Shown here piece by piece: positions 13,990-62,880 of a DNA stretch of 64,000 bases (within the stretch, counting starts at the first letter, position 1; each line of letters opens with the position of its first letter). A program made the translations under genes and the position numbers. The notes beneath the pieces were generated by a model. That model worked only from the letters and a program-made list of their open reading frames with translations, was not told where the DNA came from and ran no database searches. The stretch comes from Octopus vulgaris (taxonomy: Eukaryota): positions 36,456,001 through 36,520,000 of the forward strand of contig OX597834.1 in the NCBI GenBank assembly GCA_951406725.2, in the 5' to 3' direction.

Positions 13990-14415
13990 AAAAATTCTGT
14001 CTTAAAATGTTTGTTCCTTATGCTTTATCATTTGGTACTGGTTTACAAAGAATACTGTCCCCAAAAATTACAAATCTTCCATGTTTGGTCTTAAAGTACT
14101 AAGGAAAGAATACTGTCCCAAAATGTTACAATTCTTTCTGTTTAGTCATTTGGTGCCAATATGTAAAGAACTCCAACCCAAAACATAACAATGCTTGCAG
14201 TTTGGTCCTAAAGTATTTTGGAAAAATTGAGTCCTAAAACTTTGAAAATCTTTATGTTTGATTATCAGGTAACAACATATGAAGGACCCAGTCCCAAAAT
14301 GCCAAAAATCATTATTTTTGGTATTTAAGTACCCATGAAAGAATTTTGTCTGAAAATGTTACAATTCCTTACATTTTGGTCAAAAGGTAATTATCTATAA
14401 AGAATGCTGTTCCCT
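13990..14415. repeat. Diverged ~58-59 bp minisatellite, about 7-8 units
   Basis: AAGAATACTGTCCCAAAATGTTACAATxCTT-like unit at about 14048, 14106, 14165, 14222, 14281, 14339, 14399. Confidence 0.75.
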
Positions 14416-14739
14416 TTATGATAGAAACCTCTCCTCCTTATGGCACTAGTAAAATGGTCAGTGCTAGAGTTCTTAAAAAAAAATATATAGCAGCTAAAAT
14501 TTCCTCAACATGCTTTGATAGAGATGATCACACCAGTGGAGGAGAACGACCTCGACAACGACAATAGCAACAACAATAATGATCCTTTCTATTATAGTCC
14601 TGAATTTTGGCGGGAGGAGAGCAGATGATTACATCGACCCCAGTAATCAACTGGAAAAATAAGGGGTGTTACCTTAGTTCACTGGTAGTGAACAACTGAC
14701 ACTGTAGTACATCTCCAGCGTTAGAAGTTGTGTAAAGGC

Positions 14740-14775
<36 letters not shown>

Positions 14776-15543
14776 CCTTAGGCGATTAATCGATAATATT
14801 GACTGGCCCTTATTTCATCGATCCCAAAACAATGAAAGGTGAAGACCACCTCAGTGGAATTTGAACTCAGAATATAAAGACAAATGAAATGCTGTAAGCA
14901 TGTTTTGTCCAGCATGATAACGCTTGCCCTATTAATAAAAAAAATAAAAACAATGGTAATAATAATGGTTTCAAGTTTTGGCACAAGTCCAGCAGGTTTG
15001 GGGAAGTGGCTAAGTCGATTAAATTGACCCCTGTCCCCAACTGGTGCTACTTTTATAGACCCTGAAAAGGATGAAAGGCAAAGGGGACTCCGGCAGAATT
15101 TGAACTCAAAACGTATGCATGGATGAAATGTTGTTAAGCATTTCACCCGGTGAGCTAACGATTCTGCCAGCTTGCAATAGCAACAACAACAACAACAATT
15201 CTATATTTAAGATATGAGGAATTATTTACATTATTTACATTTGACAGATATTTGTCCTCATCTTGTTTGCTGTTAACACAACATTTTGGCTGATATACCC
15301 TCCAGCCTTCATCGGGCATATGGTATAGTGGTTAAGAGCGTGGGCTACTAAACCCAAGATTCTGAATTCAATTCCAGGCAGTGACCTGAATAATAATAAT
15401 AATAACAATAATAATCTTCAGGAGGAGCTACCTCAATCCTTTATATATTAACCAAAATGAAGTGGATTAACAAATTTACTTTTTGAACCAGTCGAAGACA
15501 CACGAGATGTCGAAATATCGTTCACTAGATAACAATGGCACTC

Positions 15544-15593
<50 letters not shown>

Positions 15594-15641
15594 TCGAAAA
15601 AATACCTTAGGAATGAGAACCCAGGTTTGAAATTTCCCCAA

Positions 15642-15687
15642 GACACCTGATGAAAGCTGGAGGGTATACCAGCCGAAACGTTGAGTT
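15642..15687 (+). ncRNA. Minimal type I hammerhead ribozyme motif (second copy 15794-15839, inverted copy 15271-15316)
   Basis: GACAC-CTGATGA-A-(A/G)GCTGG agggtata CCAGCC-GAAA-CG-TT-G(A/T)GTT. Conserved core, 5-6 bp stem II, palindromic ACGT stem III, stem I GACAC/GTGTT in the consensus of three copies. Confidence 0.65.
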
Positions 15688-17922
15688 AACAACAAACAAG
15701 ATGAGGACACATATCCGTCAAATGTAAATAATGAACAATAACAACGTAGAACAATATTCACAATGGACAGATAGGTGTTCGAAATTTCCCCAAGACACCT
15801 GATGAAGGCTGGAGAGTACATCAGTCGAAATGTTGTGCTAACAAGAAACAAGATGAGGACACTTCTCTGTTCATTGTAAATATTTATTTCTTTATTGCCC
15901 ACAGGGGGTTAAACATAGAGGGGACAAACAAGGACAGACAAAGGGCTTAAGTCAATTACATTGACCCCAGTGCATAACTGGTACTTATTTAATCGACCCC
16001 GAAAGGGTGAAAGACAAAGTCGTCCTCGGTGGAATTTGAACTCAGAACGTAATGGCATGTTAACAATTCTGCCAGCTAGCCGCCCATTATTGTACATAAT
16101 TCTGCATTTCCCTAAAATATAGAACAGAACAACATAGAAGTTTGGATATGTGGCAATATGGGAGTTTCATGATCCAACTTCTGATAATTTATCTCCGGAT
16201 ATTGCATCACTATCAGTGTATGGGCCATAGCAGGCCCGTAGTAGGGTTTTCATTCATTGCAGTAGAGGTGACCACTCGGGAGGAGTGGACAGAGGAAGGG
16301 GGGGATGGAAAGAGGAGAAGGGGAGGAGGAGAGAAGATATGGGAGTGGAAAGAGAACAACAGAAATGATACACCATTTGATGCTCTGACCAACGCAAAGA
16401 GCTTCTCGTCCGATATCATCCGACACACATCTCGCATCTCATGTCTGCCAGTGCTCTCACCAAGGTTTGTTGATCACATTATACAAACTAGTCTTCGTAC
16501 AATTATAATTGCAATATTAAAAAAAAATAGAAAAAGATAATTACCATAATAATAATAATTATAATGATGATGATGATAATAATAATAATAATAATAGTAA
16601 TAATAATAAGGATGATAATGATGATAATAATAAAGACAAAAGAAAGACAAAAACATTATTTTTTTAAATGGTCAACCATTTTGATATATGTATATATATA
16701 TATATAATATATATAATATATATATATATTTATATTCACCAAAATTTTCTTCTTTTCTCTCTTTACATGTACATTATATATATATATATTATATGTGTGT
16801 GTGTTTAATCTGTATATATGTGTATGTATACATATTTATGTGTATGTGTGTGTGTGTATGCATGTATATATATTATATATATACTCACATATATGTATGT
16901 ATAGTCAGTTGAAGCCAATGTCAATGGCTACATATCCTTTTCTTTACTTAAAGCATAACATAATCCTTCAACAGGTGTCATTCTACTCAAACATGGCCAT
17001 CTGATGAATTGCGCGGCTTTTCATGTGAGGAAACTACAAGTAGCCATTATCGCTAGTTTCCAACCAAATCAAAGTACTCTACTTTTAAATTGCACAGTGT
17101 CTTATTTGTTTCTTTCATTACTACCATTAACATGTGTGTGTATATTTTATATATATTATGTATACCATATATATATATATATATAAATATATTGCATACA
17201 TAATGTGCATATGTGTGTGTGTATATGTAAAATGTACATATGTGTACAAATGTATGAATGTGTGTTTATACCATGTATATATTATATCTGTGTGTGTGTG
17301 TGTGTATATATATATCTACATACACATATGTAAGTTATGTATACCATATATATATATATATTATTCATATTTGTGTATATGAATGTGTATATATTTTATC
17401 TGTCTATTTATTTATACTTATATATTTTTCAGCATATATATGTGGGTGTATGTGTATGTATATCACATATACATTACGTATATAATATATATATGTGTAT
17501 GTATTCAGTTTTTGTTTTTAGCTGACCCCAGATTAACACATCATATCGCATTGAAATGATAAAAGAGGATCAATGTGGTGGGCAGGGTTGGAGAGGAGTA
17601 CAACAGTGACCTTACCTGACCTGATATAGCTTCACCTAATCTCACTTTATATAAGTAAAAAAAAAAGATTACAAAGAAATTTTTTTTTTAAATCGATGTT
17701 GAAACAGTTTTAATGTCATCAGAATTACAACGGGGAAGTGGGGCCTTACCCTAAGAACCTTACTTCAGGTATTTCCTTCTAATCTATAATTATCTTTTAC
17801 TGGCCATGCTGGGGCACTGCTGTGGAGAATTTTGTAGTCAAAGCAATCAAACACATACGTCTACATTATTTTTAAGCCCATTATTTATTCCATCAGTTGC
17901 TTTTGCTGATATGATATCACAC

Positions 17923-17975
<53 letters not shown>

Positions 17976-19334
17976 TGTACATATATATATATATACATAT
18001 ATGATGGGTTTCTTTTGGTTTCCGCCCTCCAAATCCACTCACAAGGCTTCAGCTGGCGCAAAGCTATAACAGATGCTTGCTCAAGGTGCCATGCAGTGGG
18101 ACTGAATCCCGGAACCATGTGGTTGGGAAGCGTACGCCTTACCACACAGCCATGTAGTAATTTTCATTGTGATGATAATGATGATGATGATGACAGTGTC
18201 AATGAAGAAATCACTAATGAAACCTAGAGAAAACTTCTTCCTCATTAAAAGAATACTAATCGTTATAAATCCTTCCTTTTAAATATAGGCCAAGGGACCT
18301 GAAATTTGGGGGGCAGGGGACTAATTGATTAATTGTTTGTCCATAGACAAGATATCTCAATGGATTTGAATGATTCTGAATGGTTTTGCTGATTCGGCCT
18401 GCACACTGCCTTACACGGAAGGAATAATAATAATTGTTTCAAAACCATATATACATATGTGTATATATACATACATACACACGTATATACATATATATAT
18501 ATACACTCATACAAATACACACTCACACGCATACATACAAATGTATATACATATATTTTTGTATATATGCACATATGTATTTATAGTTGCATGCAGCTTA
18601 CGTCTGCACACACACTTCAACAACCTTTAACAGTGGGAAGCACTCTAACATCCATAGCAATCTAACACACATTAACATACTGACACATATATACACTCAC
18701 TCAGGAAAACATTGCGATTGGTTAGTGCTTGCATATCCTGTTAGTGTTCCAAGTGCATACGTCAGATACAAAAGTATAACTGATATGTGCACAATATATA
18801 TATATATATATATATATGCTCATGTTGTCACATATATATCTATATATATGCACATGTGATTGTATAAATATATATATAAATTTTTTTTCCACTCCAGGCA
18901 CAAGGCCTGAAATTTTGGGGGAGGGGGCTAGTCAATTAGACTGGGACCAGTATGTAACTGGTACTTAATTTATTGACCCTGAAAGGCAAAGCCGGCCATG
19001 ACAGAATTTGAACTCAGAATGCAAAGACAGACGACATATATATACATATATGTGCACATGGTCTCATATATATAAATATGTGCACATGTGGTCTTATATA
19101 TATATATATATATATATATGTGTATATGTATATATTCTTTTACTTGTTTCAGCCATTTGACTGCAGTCATGCTGGAGCACTGCCTTTGATCAAACAAATT
19201 GACCCCAGGACTTATTCCTTGTAAGCCTAGTACTTATTCTATTGGTCTCTTTTGCCAAACCGCTAAGTTTCAGGAGCATAAACACACCAACATTGGTGAG
19301 TGAACAAACCACAAACACACATACATGTATATAC

Positions 19335-19434
<100 letters not shown>

Positions 19435-20199
19435 GACTTCTTTCAGTTTCCATCTATCAGATCCACTCACAAGACTTTGGTCGGGCCAAGGCTATAGTAG
19501 AAGACACTTGCCCATGGTGCCATGCAGTGGGACTGAACCTGGAACCATGTATATATATATATATGACGTGTGGTTTTGTGGTTAAAAAGGTTTACTTCAC
19601 AACCTGGTAGTTTTAAGTTCAGTCCAACTATAAATACATGTGTATATACAAAAATATATGTATATACATTTGTATGTATGCGTGTGAGTGTGGATCTGTA
19701 TGAACGTATATATATATATATATATGTATGTACATGTGTGTGTATGTATATATACTCACATGTATATATGTTTTTGAAACAATTATTATTATTATTCCTT
19801 CCATATAAGGCAATGAGCTGGCAGAATCAGTGCACAGGATGAAATGCTTAGCGCTATTTCACCCATCGTTACGTTCTGAGTTCAAATTCTGCCAAGGTCA
19901 ATTTTGCCTTTCATCCTTTCAGGGTCGATAAATTAAGTACCAGTAAAACTCTGGGGTCGATGTAATCAATTAGCCCCCTTCCTCACAAAATTTTAGGCCT
20001 TGTGTCTATAGTAGAAAGGATTATTATTTCTTCCATCTCTTGACATTTTAAGTTCAAATCCTGACCTGGCCAATTTTGTCTTTTAGCCTTCTAGGGTTGA
20101 TAAAATAAAATACCAGCTATGTACAGGTATTGAAGGTATCTGCTAACACTCTCCCCTCAAAACTGCCGGCCTTGTGCCGAAACTGGAAACGATAATAAT

Positions 20200-20550
20200 T
20201 ATATAACAAAAGCACCCAGCGAGCGCAAACCTCCACCAAGGCAACAGTACCATCCTCTCAACAATTGGCCGGAGATGGTTTTTAAAATGAGAATATCTGA
20301 AAGAAACTCAACTGCTCTCACAAACGAGAATACTAAAAATGAACCCAACCACCCACAAAAATTAAGTAAAAAAAAAAAAGAAAAATAGTCAAATAGTCCA
20401 GAATCCTTGTCCGGGTACTGGGTCAATCCCCAAACCTAATCAGTTCATGCCAGTCATGAGGCCAAACATCCCTGAAGGTTTCATCCGTATCCATCCAAAA
20501 GTTTTTGAGATTTTTAAAATGAGAATATCTGAAATAAACTCGACTGCTCT
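20200..20550 (-). mobile_element. Helentron-associated (DINE/HINE-like) non-autonomous element, 3' part
   Basis: Minus-strand end CCTTGGTGGAGGTTTGCGCTCGCTGGGTGCTTTTGTT (sub-TIR, hairpin, T-rich end). A matching 5'-type end TTATTACTTCTGCC..GGCGGAGGT with a (TTTG)n tract occurs at about 33452-33555. Confidence 0.55.
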
Positions 20551-22424
20551 CATCCATTTTCTATGCTGGAATGTGTTGGACGGTTTGACAAGAACTGGCA
20601 AGTCAGAGGACTATTCCAAGCTCTGCTGTCTGCTTTGGCATGGTATCTAGGGTTGGATGCCCTTCCTAATGCCAACCACTTTACAAAGTCTACTTGGTAC
20701 TTTTTATATGGCACCAGCAACAGCAAGGTCACCAAGTGACTTGCAGGACAAAACCCCAACCCCTTCAACGGTGGGGAGTAGTATTGAGGGACAGAAAAGG
20801 TATTTTGCATTAGAAGAGAGATATTGCTATCTCGGATGAAGAAGAAGAGAGGAGAGAAAGATGGTGAAGATGCGACATAAATATACCATATTTTTGGCAT
20901 ACAAGTCAATGTAGCAGATAGAGAAAATTAAAGTAGGCCTCACGGAGGCGTGGTCGCTGAGTTCCTTTTGAGTGTTGGGCCTCACAGAGGCGATGACCAA
21001 GGCCTTTGGCATTATGTTGTTTTTGAGAAGAAGACCCATCAAGCTGAGGAAAATCTCAGTCATGGCAGATACTGGTGTGACGCAAATGGCACCCGTGATA
21101 GTGGCATATAAAAGCACTCATTACATTATCGGAGTGATTGGCATTAGGAAGAGCATCCAGCTGAAGAAAACCATGCTAAATCAGACTGGAGCCTGGCCAG
21201 CCCTGGTCAAACCATCTGACCCATGCCAGCATGGACAACGGACATTAACTGATGATGATGATGTAATGTAAACAGTCAAACATCATCACATTTCCAAAAT
21301 CCTGCTTTACATTTCAAATGGAATTTTCAATCCTCCAAGGTTGTCTTGGCATATAAGTCGACCTACCTTTTTTTTTATATTTTTTTTTTTGCAGCTGTAA
21401 ATTATGGTTTGAAAAACTGAACTTTCAAGCTTGTATTATTTTAATTCTCTAATGAATAGCTAACAGGAGATTATGTACATGTTTTTCTACATGTAGACAT
21501 CAGGAAGGGCATCCAGCCATAGAAACCAAGTGAAAAGCAGACAGGAGCCTGGTACATCTCCCTGGTTTAACAGTTCCAGTCAAACCTAGTGATTCTCAAC
21601 TAGATTCCATGTGGCCCCTGAAAGTCCATGTAAAATTTTTGGGAGACCACGCAAAAAATAGTAAATTAGGGATCCACAATACTATTTTAAGGGCCTCTGA
21701 GAAAATTTTGGTTTAGATGTATGTATTAGTGATGTATTGCAAGAAACAGCCAGGTTTCTTTACATAATTCAATCTACACAAGTTAATGTGTGGGAAACAA
21801 GAGAGGAGGTTTGAAAGAAGGACCCATAACACTAGTTTTTAAACATCAAATGGCTGTGAGGATCCTACAAAATAAAATGGTAATCAAAAGGGTCCATAGA
21901 TTAAAAATGGCTGAGAACCCTTACGAAATAACAAACGTTTTTTATTTTGTATATTTTCATTTGTCTTGCTTATTTTTACACATTGTTTTTTTGCTGAGAT
22001 TTTTCTTGAGAACACATTCTTCGTGGTAATGGCGATTTGACATCTATGTTTAGCATATAGGCTATCCACTTTTAGTGGTCAGTCCTCTAAATTTTGTATG
22101 TAAAACAATTTTTAGTATTCGGATTTTTAAAAATATGCTAGGCCACTAGTTTTAATTGATTAATATCAATTTCTACCCTTATTTAATTTTATATATATAT
22201 ACACATATATATTAAATTAGAGATAAAACCACTATTAGGCAAATCAAATATTTAATATATGTATATATTTATACTATAAAATTAGATTTAATCCTAAATC
22301 GAATTTTTCCCTGTAAGTTTGGATTTACTCCCTAATATTATTATCATATATACACATATATATATATATTTATATATAGATAGATAGATATACATACATA
22401 CATTTATGTACATACATATTTATC

Positions 22425-22780
22425 TAGTTTCAGCTCAATGGCTGAGGCCATGCTGGGGCACCACCAACCGGTGTTGTGTTGTTACACCTTCATTAATTCT
22501 CCTTTAATAATTGGCATTTAGAGAAAGAGGGAGTTTGATGCTGCTGCCCTCATTCCTGCTTCCTACCTTGAAGTTGGCTCATCTGGGACTCTTATCAATA
22601 GAAGATCCAATTTACTTTTGAAGACATCTGCATCCATACTATAAAGGTCTCTCAGCTCCTTTGGTGGAAATATTGAAGAGCTGTGGGCCCTTGAATCCCA
22701 AGCTATTGCAGCACCTGGTCCTGTGTTTTGACAGCAGAGAAGGGATCTTAGATTCTCAGCAATGGCACCCTGTCCTGGAA
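22425..22780 (-). mobile_element. CR1/L2-group LINE 3' end fragment
   Basis: GFKGPQLFNI..KELRDLYSMDADVFKSKLDLLLIRVPDEPTSR, followed by a 3' UTR ending GGTGCCCCAGCATGGCCTCAG..CTGAAAC. Confidence 0.75.
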
Positions 22781-23058
22781 TTTGTCTTTTATCTTTTACA
22801 TGCTTCAGTCTTTTGACTGAGGCCATGATGGGGCACCACATTGAAGGGATTTAGTTGAACAAATTGACCCTTGGACTTATTATTTTTTTAAAGCTTAGTA
22901 ATTATTCTGTTGGTCTCTTATGCTGAACTGCTAAGTCATGGGGATGCAAACAGATCAGCACCAGTTCTCAAATGGTGGTGCGGTACTTACACACACATAG
23001 ATTTATACAAGCATATGTGTACATATATTATATATACATATACACACACATACATACA

Positions 23059-23097
<39 letters not shown>

Positions 23098-24065
23098 GAC
23101 GGGCTTCTTTCAGTTTCTGTCTACCAAATCCATTCACAAGGCTTTGGTTGAGCTGAAGCTATAGCAGAAGACACTTGCCCAAGGTACCACACAGTGGGAC
23201 TGAACCCAGAACCATGTGGCTGGAAAACAAGCTTCTTACCACACAGCCACGTTTGCACCTATTTGTATAACTTTCAATGCCAAAATTTGGGACAGACCCT
23301 TCCAGGATCATTCAGATTTATATCGCAGCATATCTGTCTTGCCTTCATTATTTAAACCTCGCACATCCATTTACTACATTCAGTCAACTTACCAGGCAGC
23401 CACTGCATTCGACAACATTTCACTAAACGTAATCACATTCAGGTGGTTCAGTAAACCATCGGGGCCATTAAGTGATCCTTATTTTCAAATACATGGTTGT
23501 TCCTTAAATGTAACTACTTGTGTATGAACGATGTACCAGTGAAAGGGTCAAGATCCACATTGTTATATTACAAGATTTGGTGAAGCCAACATGTTGCAAA
23601 CAAATTCTTTGATATGTATATAATATGATTTTCTTACCTCTATGGCATAATATCCAAAATACTATACATGTGTGTGTGAGTATGTATATGTATATGTGTG
23701 TGTATATATATATTATATATGTATATATATATTGTGTAAATCCGTGATTTGTTTTGATTCTCTGCTTGTATTTAGTGCTTAACTGGTGTTTGTGGACGTC
23801 AGAAGCATGGCTAGGTAAATGTCAAACAATGAGAATGTGTACTCAACATGCTACAAACATCCAAAATGGAGACGAACACTATTCCTCCGTGTGGTCGGGT
23901 TGAAAAATTGTTGAAATATTAAGATATATATATATATTTCTTAAACCTGAAACCAATGGTAGCTTTAATACACAAATAAAGAAATTCTATCCACCAATGC
24001 AGTGTTGAGCACTTGTTCACAATGTTAAACATTTACACACACACACACATATATACATGTATGTA

Positions 24066-24109
<44 letters not shown>

Positions 24110-25163
24110 AATATATGTGTGAATTTGCATTTTTGAATGTGAGACAATGAAGATACAGACGTGTTTGAGCTTGACCTTTGTCACTAAAGATTTTCATTCC
24201 CACAATTCCTAATTAGTTCTTCATGCTTAATTAGGAACATTAAAGTCCCTAAATTCATCGATCCATTAACATTTTGAGGCCTTCACACTCCCATTACAAT
24301 AACCCTTTGTACTAAAGGCACAAGGGCCTGAAATTTTCGGGGTAGGAGACTAGTGCTTCCTTGGTGCTTCATTTATCGACCCCGGAAGGAAGAAAGGCAA
24401 AGTTGACCTTGGCGGAATTTGAACTCAGAACGTAATGACAGATGAAATGTTGCTAAGCATTTTGCCCAGCATGCTAGCGATTCTGCCAGCGGGCCACCCT
24501 CATTCTCATTTTCATAATAAAGCGCCAGTGACAACAACATACCATTTACATGCTTTGCGTTAAAATTACAAGGAATCATAGGAAAGTTACTAAGAATCTT
24601 ACAACTTTAAGTCTGGAAGATTTGGTAATTTTATGTGTGTACAAGACAGTATTTATTAGCAACATGTTATCCTGATAATGGGGCGGTGTAAGTCTTGTTA
24701 TCCTGATAATGGGGTGGTGTAAGTCTTAGCACGTTAATGGATGAATGGATTTAGGAACGAATGTCTTTGCACCACACCAAAACTGAACTAACAAAAAAAA
24801 AAAATTAAAAATCAACCTTCAACAGTGTTGTATTTTTGGTATTTATATACATGTGTGTGTGTATGTGTGTGTGTGTGTGTGTATGCATACACATATATAC
24901 GATTTATGGCATTAAGATCACGACAGAGTCAGTTTGCAAAAATGGTCCTTCCAGAATGTATCTCTCTAAACGCTCAAGTTCATACCAAGAATCTTGCAAA
25001 ACTAATACAAAAACAAAATATCAAATATATGTGTGTGTGTGTGTGTGTGCGTGCGTGAATGTAAATATGTATGATGTATGTATATACACATATAGCTATG
25101 TACAGAAAGGTAGATAAGTAGACAGATATAAATGCACACACACACACACATGAGCACACCTAC

Positions 25164-25202
<39 letters not shown>

Positions 25203-25455
25203 CAAACATACATGCACATACACACACACACATATATATATATATACACACACACATACATGCACATACACACATAGATATAGATATATATATATATATA
25301 TATGTATTTATTTAATTTATTTACAAAAAAAAAAAAGCCAAACGACAAACAAACCAAACCATGCCCACCCTTCCCCAACACACAGAATTTACAAACCCTT
25401 ACTGAATTCATAAACCCGAAATGTTTGGTTGTGTTGATATGTACGTCTGTTAAAT

Positions 25456-60143
<34,688 letters not shown>

Positions 60144-62588
60144 CTGAAGACAAATTAGAAGAGAACAAGGGAGAATATTAGTGCAATCTACATTGTGTGT
60201 GGATGTATGCGTTTGTGTGTGTGTGTGTGTGTGTGAGTGTGAGTGTGTGTGCACATGTGCCTGCATGTATGTGTGTGTATCTGAGACTGTGAATGTGTGT
60301 GTGAGTGTGTGTGTCTGTGCATGTGAATGTCTGAGACAGAATGTGTATGTGTGAGACTGAACATGTGTGTATGTATGTGAATGTGTGAGAATGTGTGTGT
60401 GCGTGTGTGTGAGGCTGAATGTGTGTCTCTGTGTGTGTGTGTGTGTGCATGAGTGTCTGAGAATGAGTGTGTGTATGTGTGTAAAGGTGAGGCTGAATGT
60501 GTGTGTGTGTGAGGCTGAATATGTGTGTATGTGTGTGTGAGCATCTGAGAATGAGTGTGGGGGTATGTGTGCGAAGATGTGGCTGAATGTCTATATGTGT
60601 GTGAGGCTGAATGTGTGTGTGTGTGCAAAGGTGAGGCTGAATGTATGTGTCTGTGTTCGATAGTGAATGTGTGTGTATGTGTGTGTGTGTGCATACATCT
60701 GCATTTGCATGAGTTTGTGTATAGTAGATGTATGTGTCTGTGTGTGAATGCGGATGTGTGTACAGAAGTATGTGGGTGCGCATGTGGATGTCTGCAAGTG
60801 TATGTGTCTGTGTATGTATGAATGAGTATGCATGCGTATGCACACATTGGAGTGGAAGTGTGTGTGCATGTGTGTGAATGCCCAAATGGGTGCGACATTC
60901 ACTTTGCAATCAGAAGGCTCCAGGTTCAATCTCACCATACAGCATAAGAGCCAGTTGTGTTCTACCCAGTCTTGAGCTGATCCAAGCCTTGCCAGAATAA
61001 CAGTAAATAGGGAAACTGTGAGGAAGCCTATCATATGGACTCTACCTTTAATTTGAGTGCCAACCATGTCACACAGGGTGCCATCCTGAATCTACCCAAA
61101 TGTATACACACACACACACATATATATATATGTATATACACGACAGGCTTCTACACAGTTTCCATACACCAAAATATACCAAATTCACTCACAGAGCATA
61201 GGGCATCTTGGGTAGATGACACTTGCTGAAGGTGCCAGGCAAAGGGACTGAACCTGGAACCATGTGGTTGCAAAATGAACTTCTTAAACACTCATACATA
61301 TCAGTATGCATACATGCACACATATATATATATACATATGCACACGTACACATATATACATATGCACACATATACACATATATATACACATGCACACACA
61401 TATATACATATGCACACACACATATGCATAATGATATATACATATCAGTATGCATATACGCACACACACACATATATATATATACATATGCACACACATA
61501 TATACATATGTACACACACACACACATATATACATGTCCAACCCATGCTAGCGTGGAAAACAGACTTCAGAGTATGATGATGATGATGATGATGTGTGTG
61601 TGTGTATTTCAGTTGAGATGCTGTAAAAGTAGTCCTGCTCCTTCCACCTCTACCACCACCCCTCCGTCTTTCCCTTCCACCTCTATTCTTGCAAATTGTA
61701 CTTTAATCATTATTCACATATCCTATGGCTGACAATCTTAACAGATCTTCCTACAGAATTTGAACCATGCACACACATGTCACAGGACAAGTAAAACAGT
61801 ATTCCACCCATTCCCTCCACCTCCACCTCACACTCTGCCACTCGTCCATGACACCCAAGAGACACTAAACGAATTTGAATTCATAAAATTCCACTGAGGT
61901 CAACTTTGCCCTTCATTCTTTAGGAGCCGATAAATTAAGTACCAGTTGAGTACTGGGATCAATCTAATCAACTGGCCCCCTCCCCTAAAATTTCAGGCCA
62001 TGTGCCCAGAGTAGAAAAGAATATTGTTAACAGAAAGAATGGTTCAATTCGATTCCTTTGTTATTAGTCAATTTGGTTAACAATCCAACGAACTAATCAA
62101 CTGTTTATTCTTTTATTCTTTCATATGTTTCAGGCATTTGAATGTAGCCATGCTGGAGCACCACCTTTAGTCGAGAAAATCGACCCCAGGACTTATTCTT
62201 TGTAAGCCTACTACTTATTCTATCAGTTTTGTTCTTTTGCTGAACCGCAAAGTTATGGGGGACGTAGACATACCAACATTGATTGTCAAGTGATAGTTGG
62301 GGGACAAACACAGATACAAACACACAAACGCATACATACATACATACACACACACATATATAGGCGGCGAGCTGGCAGAAATGTTAGCGCGCTGGGCGAA
62401 ATGCTTAGCAGTATTTCGTCAGCCGTCACGTTCTGAGTTCAAATTCCGCTGAGGTCGACTTTGCCTGTCATCCTTTTGGGGTCGATAAATAAAGTACCAG
62501 TTTCGCACTGGGGTCAATGTAATTAACTTAATCCCTTTGTCTGTCTTTGTTTGTCCCCTCTATGTTTAGCCCCTTGTGGGCAGTAAAG

Positions 62589-62628
<40 letters not shown>

Positions 62629-62831
62629 TCATCATCATTTAGCGTCCGTTTTCCATGCTAGCATGGGTTGGATGGTTTAACTGGGGTCTGTGAAGCCGGA
62701 AGGCTTCATCAGGCATATATATTTAAGTAGGTGAATGAATTATCCTATGTTTATCGTCAGCATGGAAAATTTGTTTAACCGAAACCTGGGTAGCAAATTC
62801 AAGTCAGAAACACGTTCGACTCCATTCTTTC

Positions 62832-62880
<49 letters not shown>

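Noticed and set aside
16138-16230. Plus-strand frame KFGYVAIWEFHDPTSDNLSPDIASLSVYGP* as last exon of a second gene
   Set aside because: No polypyrimidine acceptor (upstream is a repeat tail), no recognisable homology and no partner exons; other frames are similarly open.
16985-17035. SECIS-like AUGA..AA..UGA on the minus strand
   Set aside because: Helix II pairing is poor and no selenoprotein ORF was found upstream.
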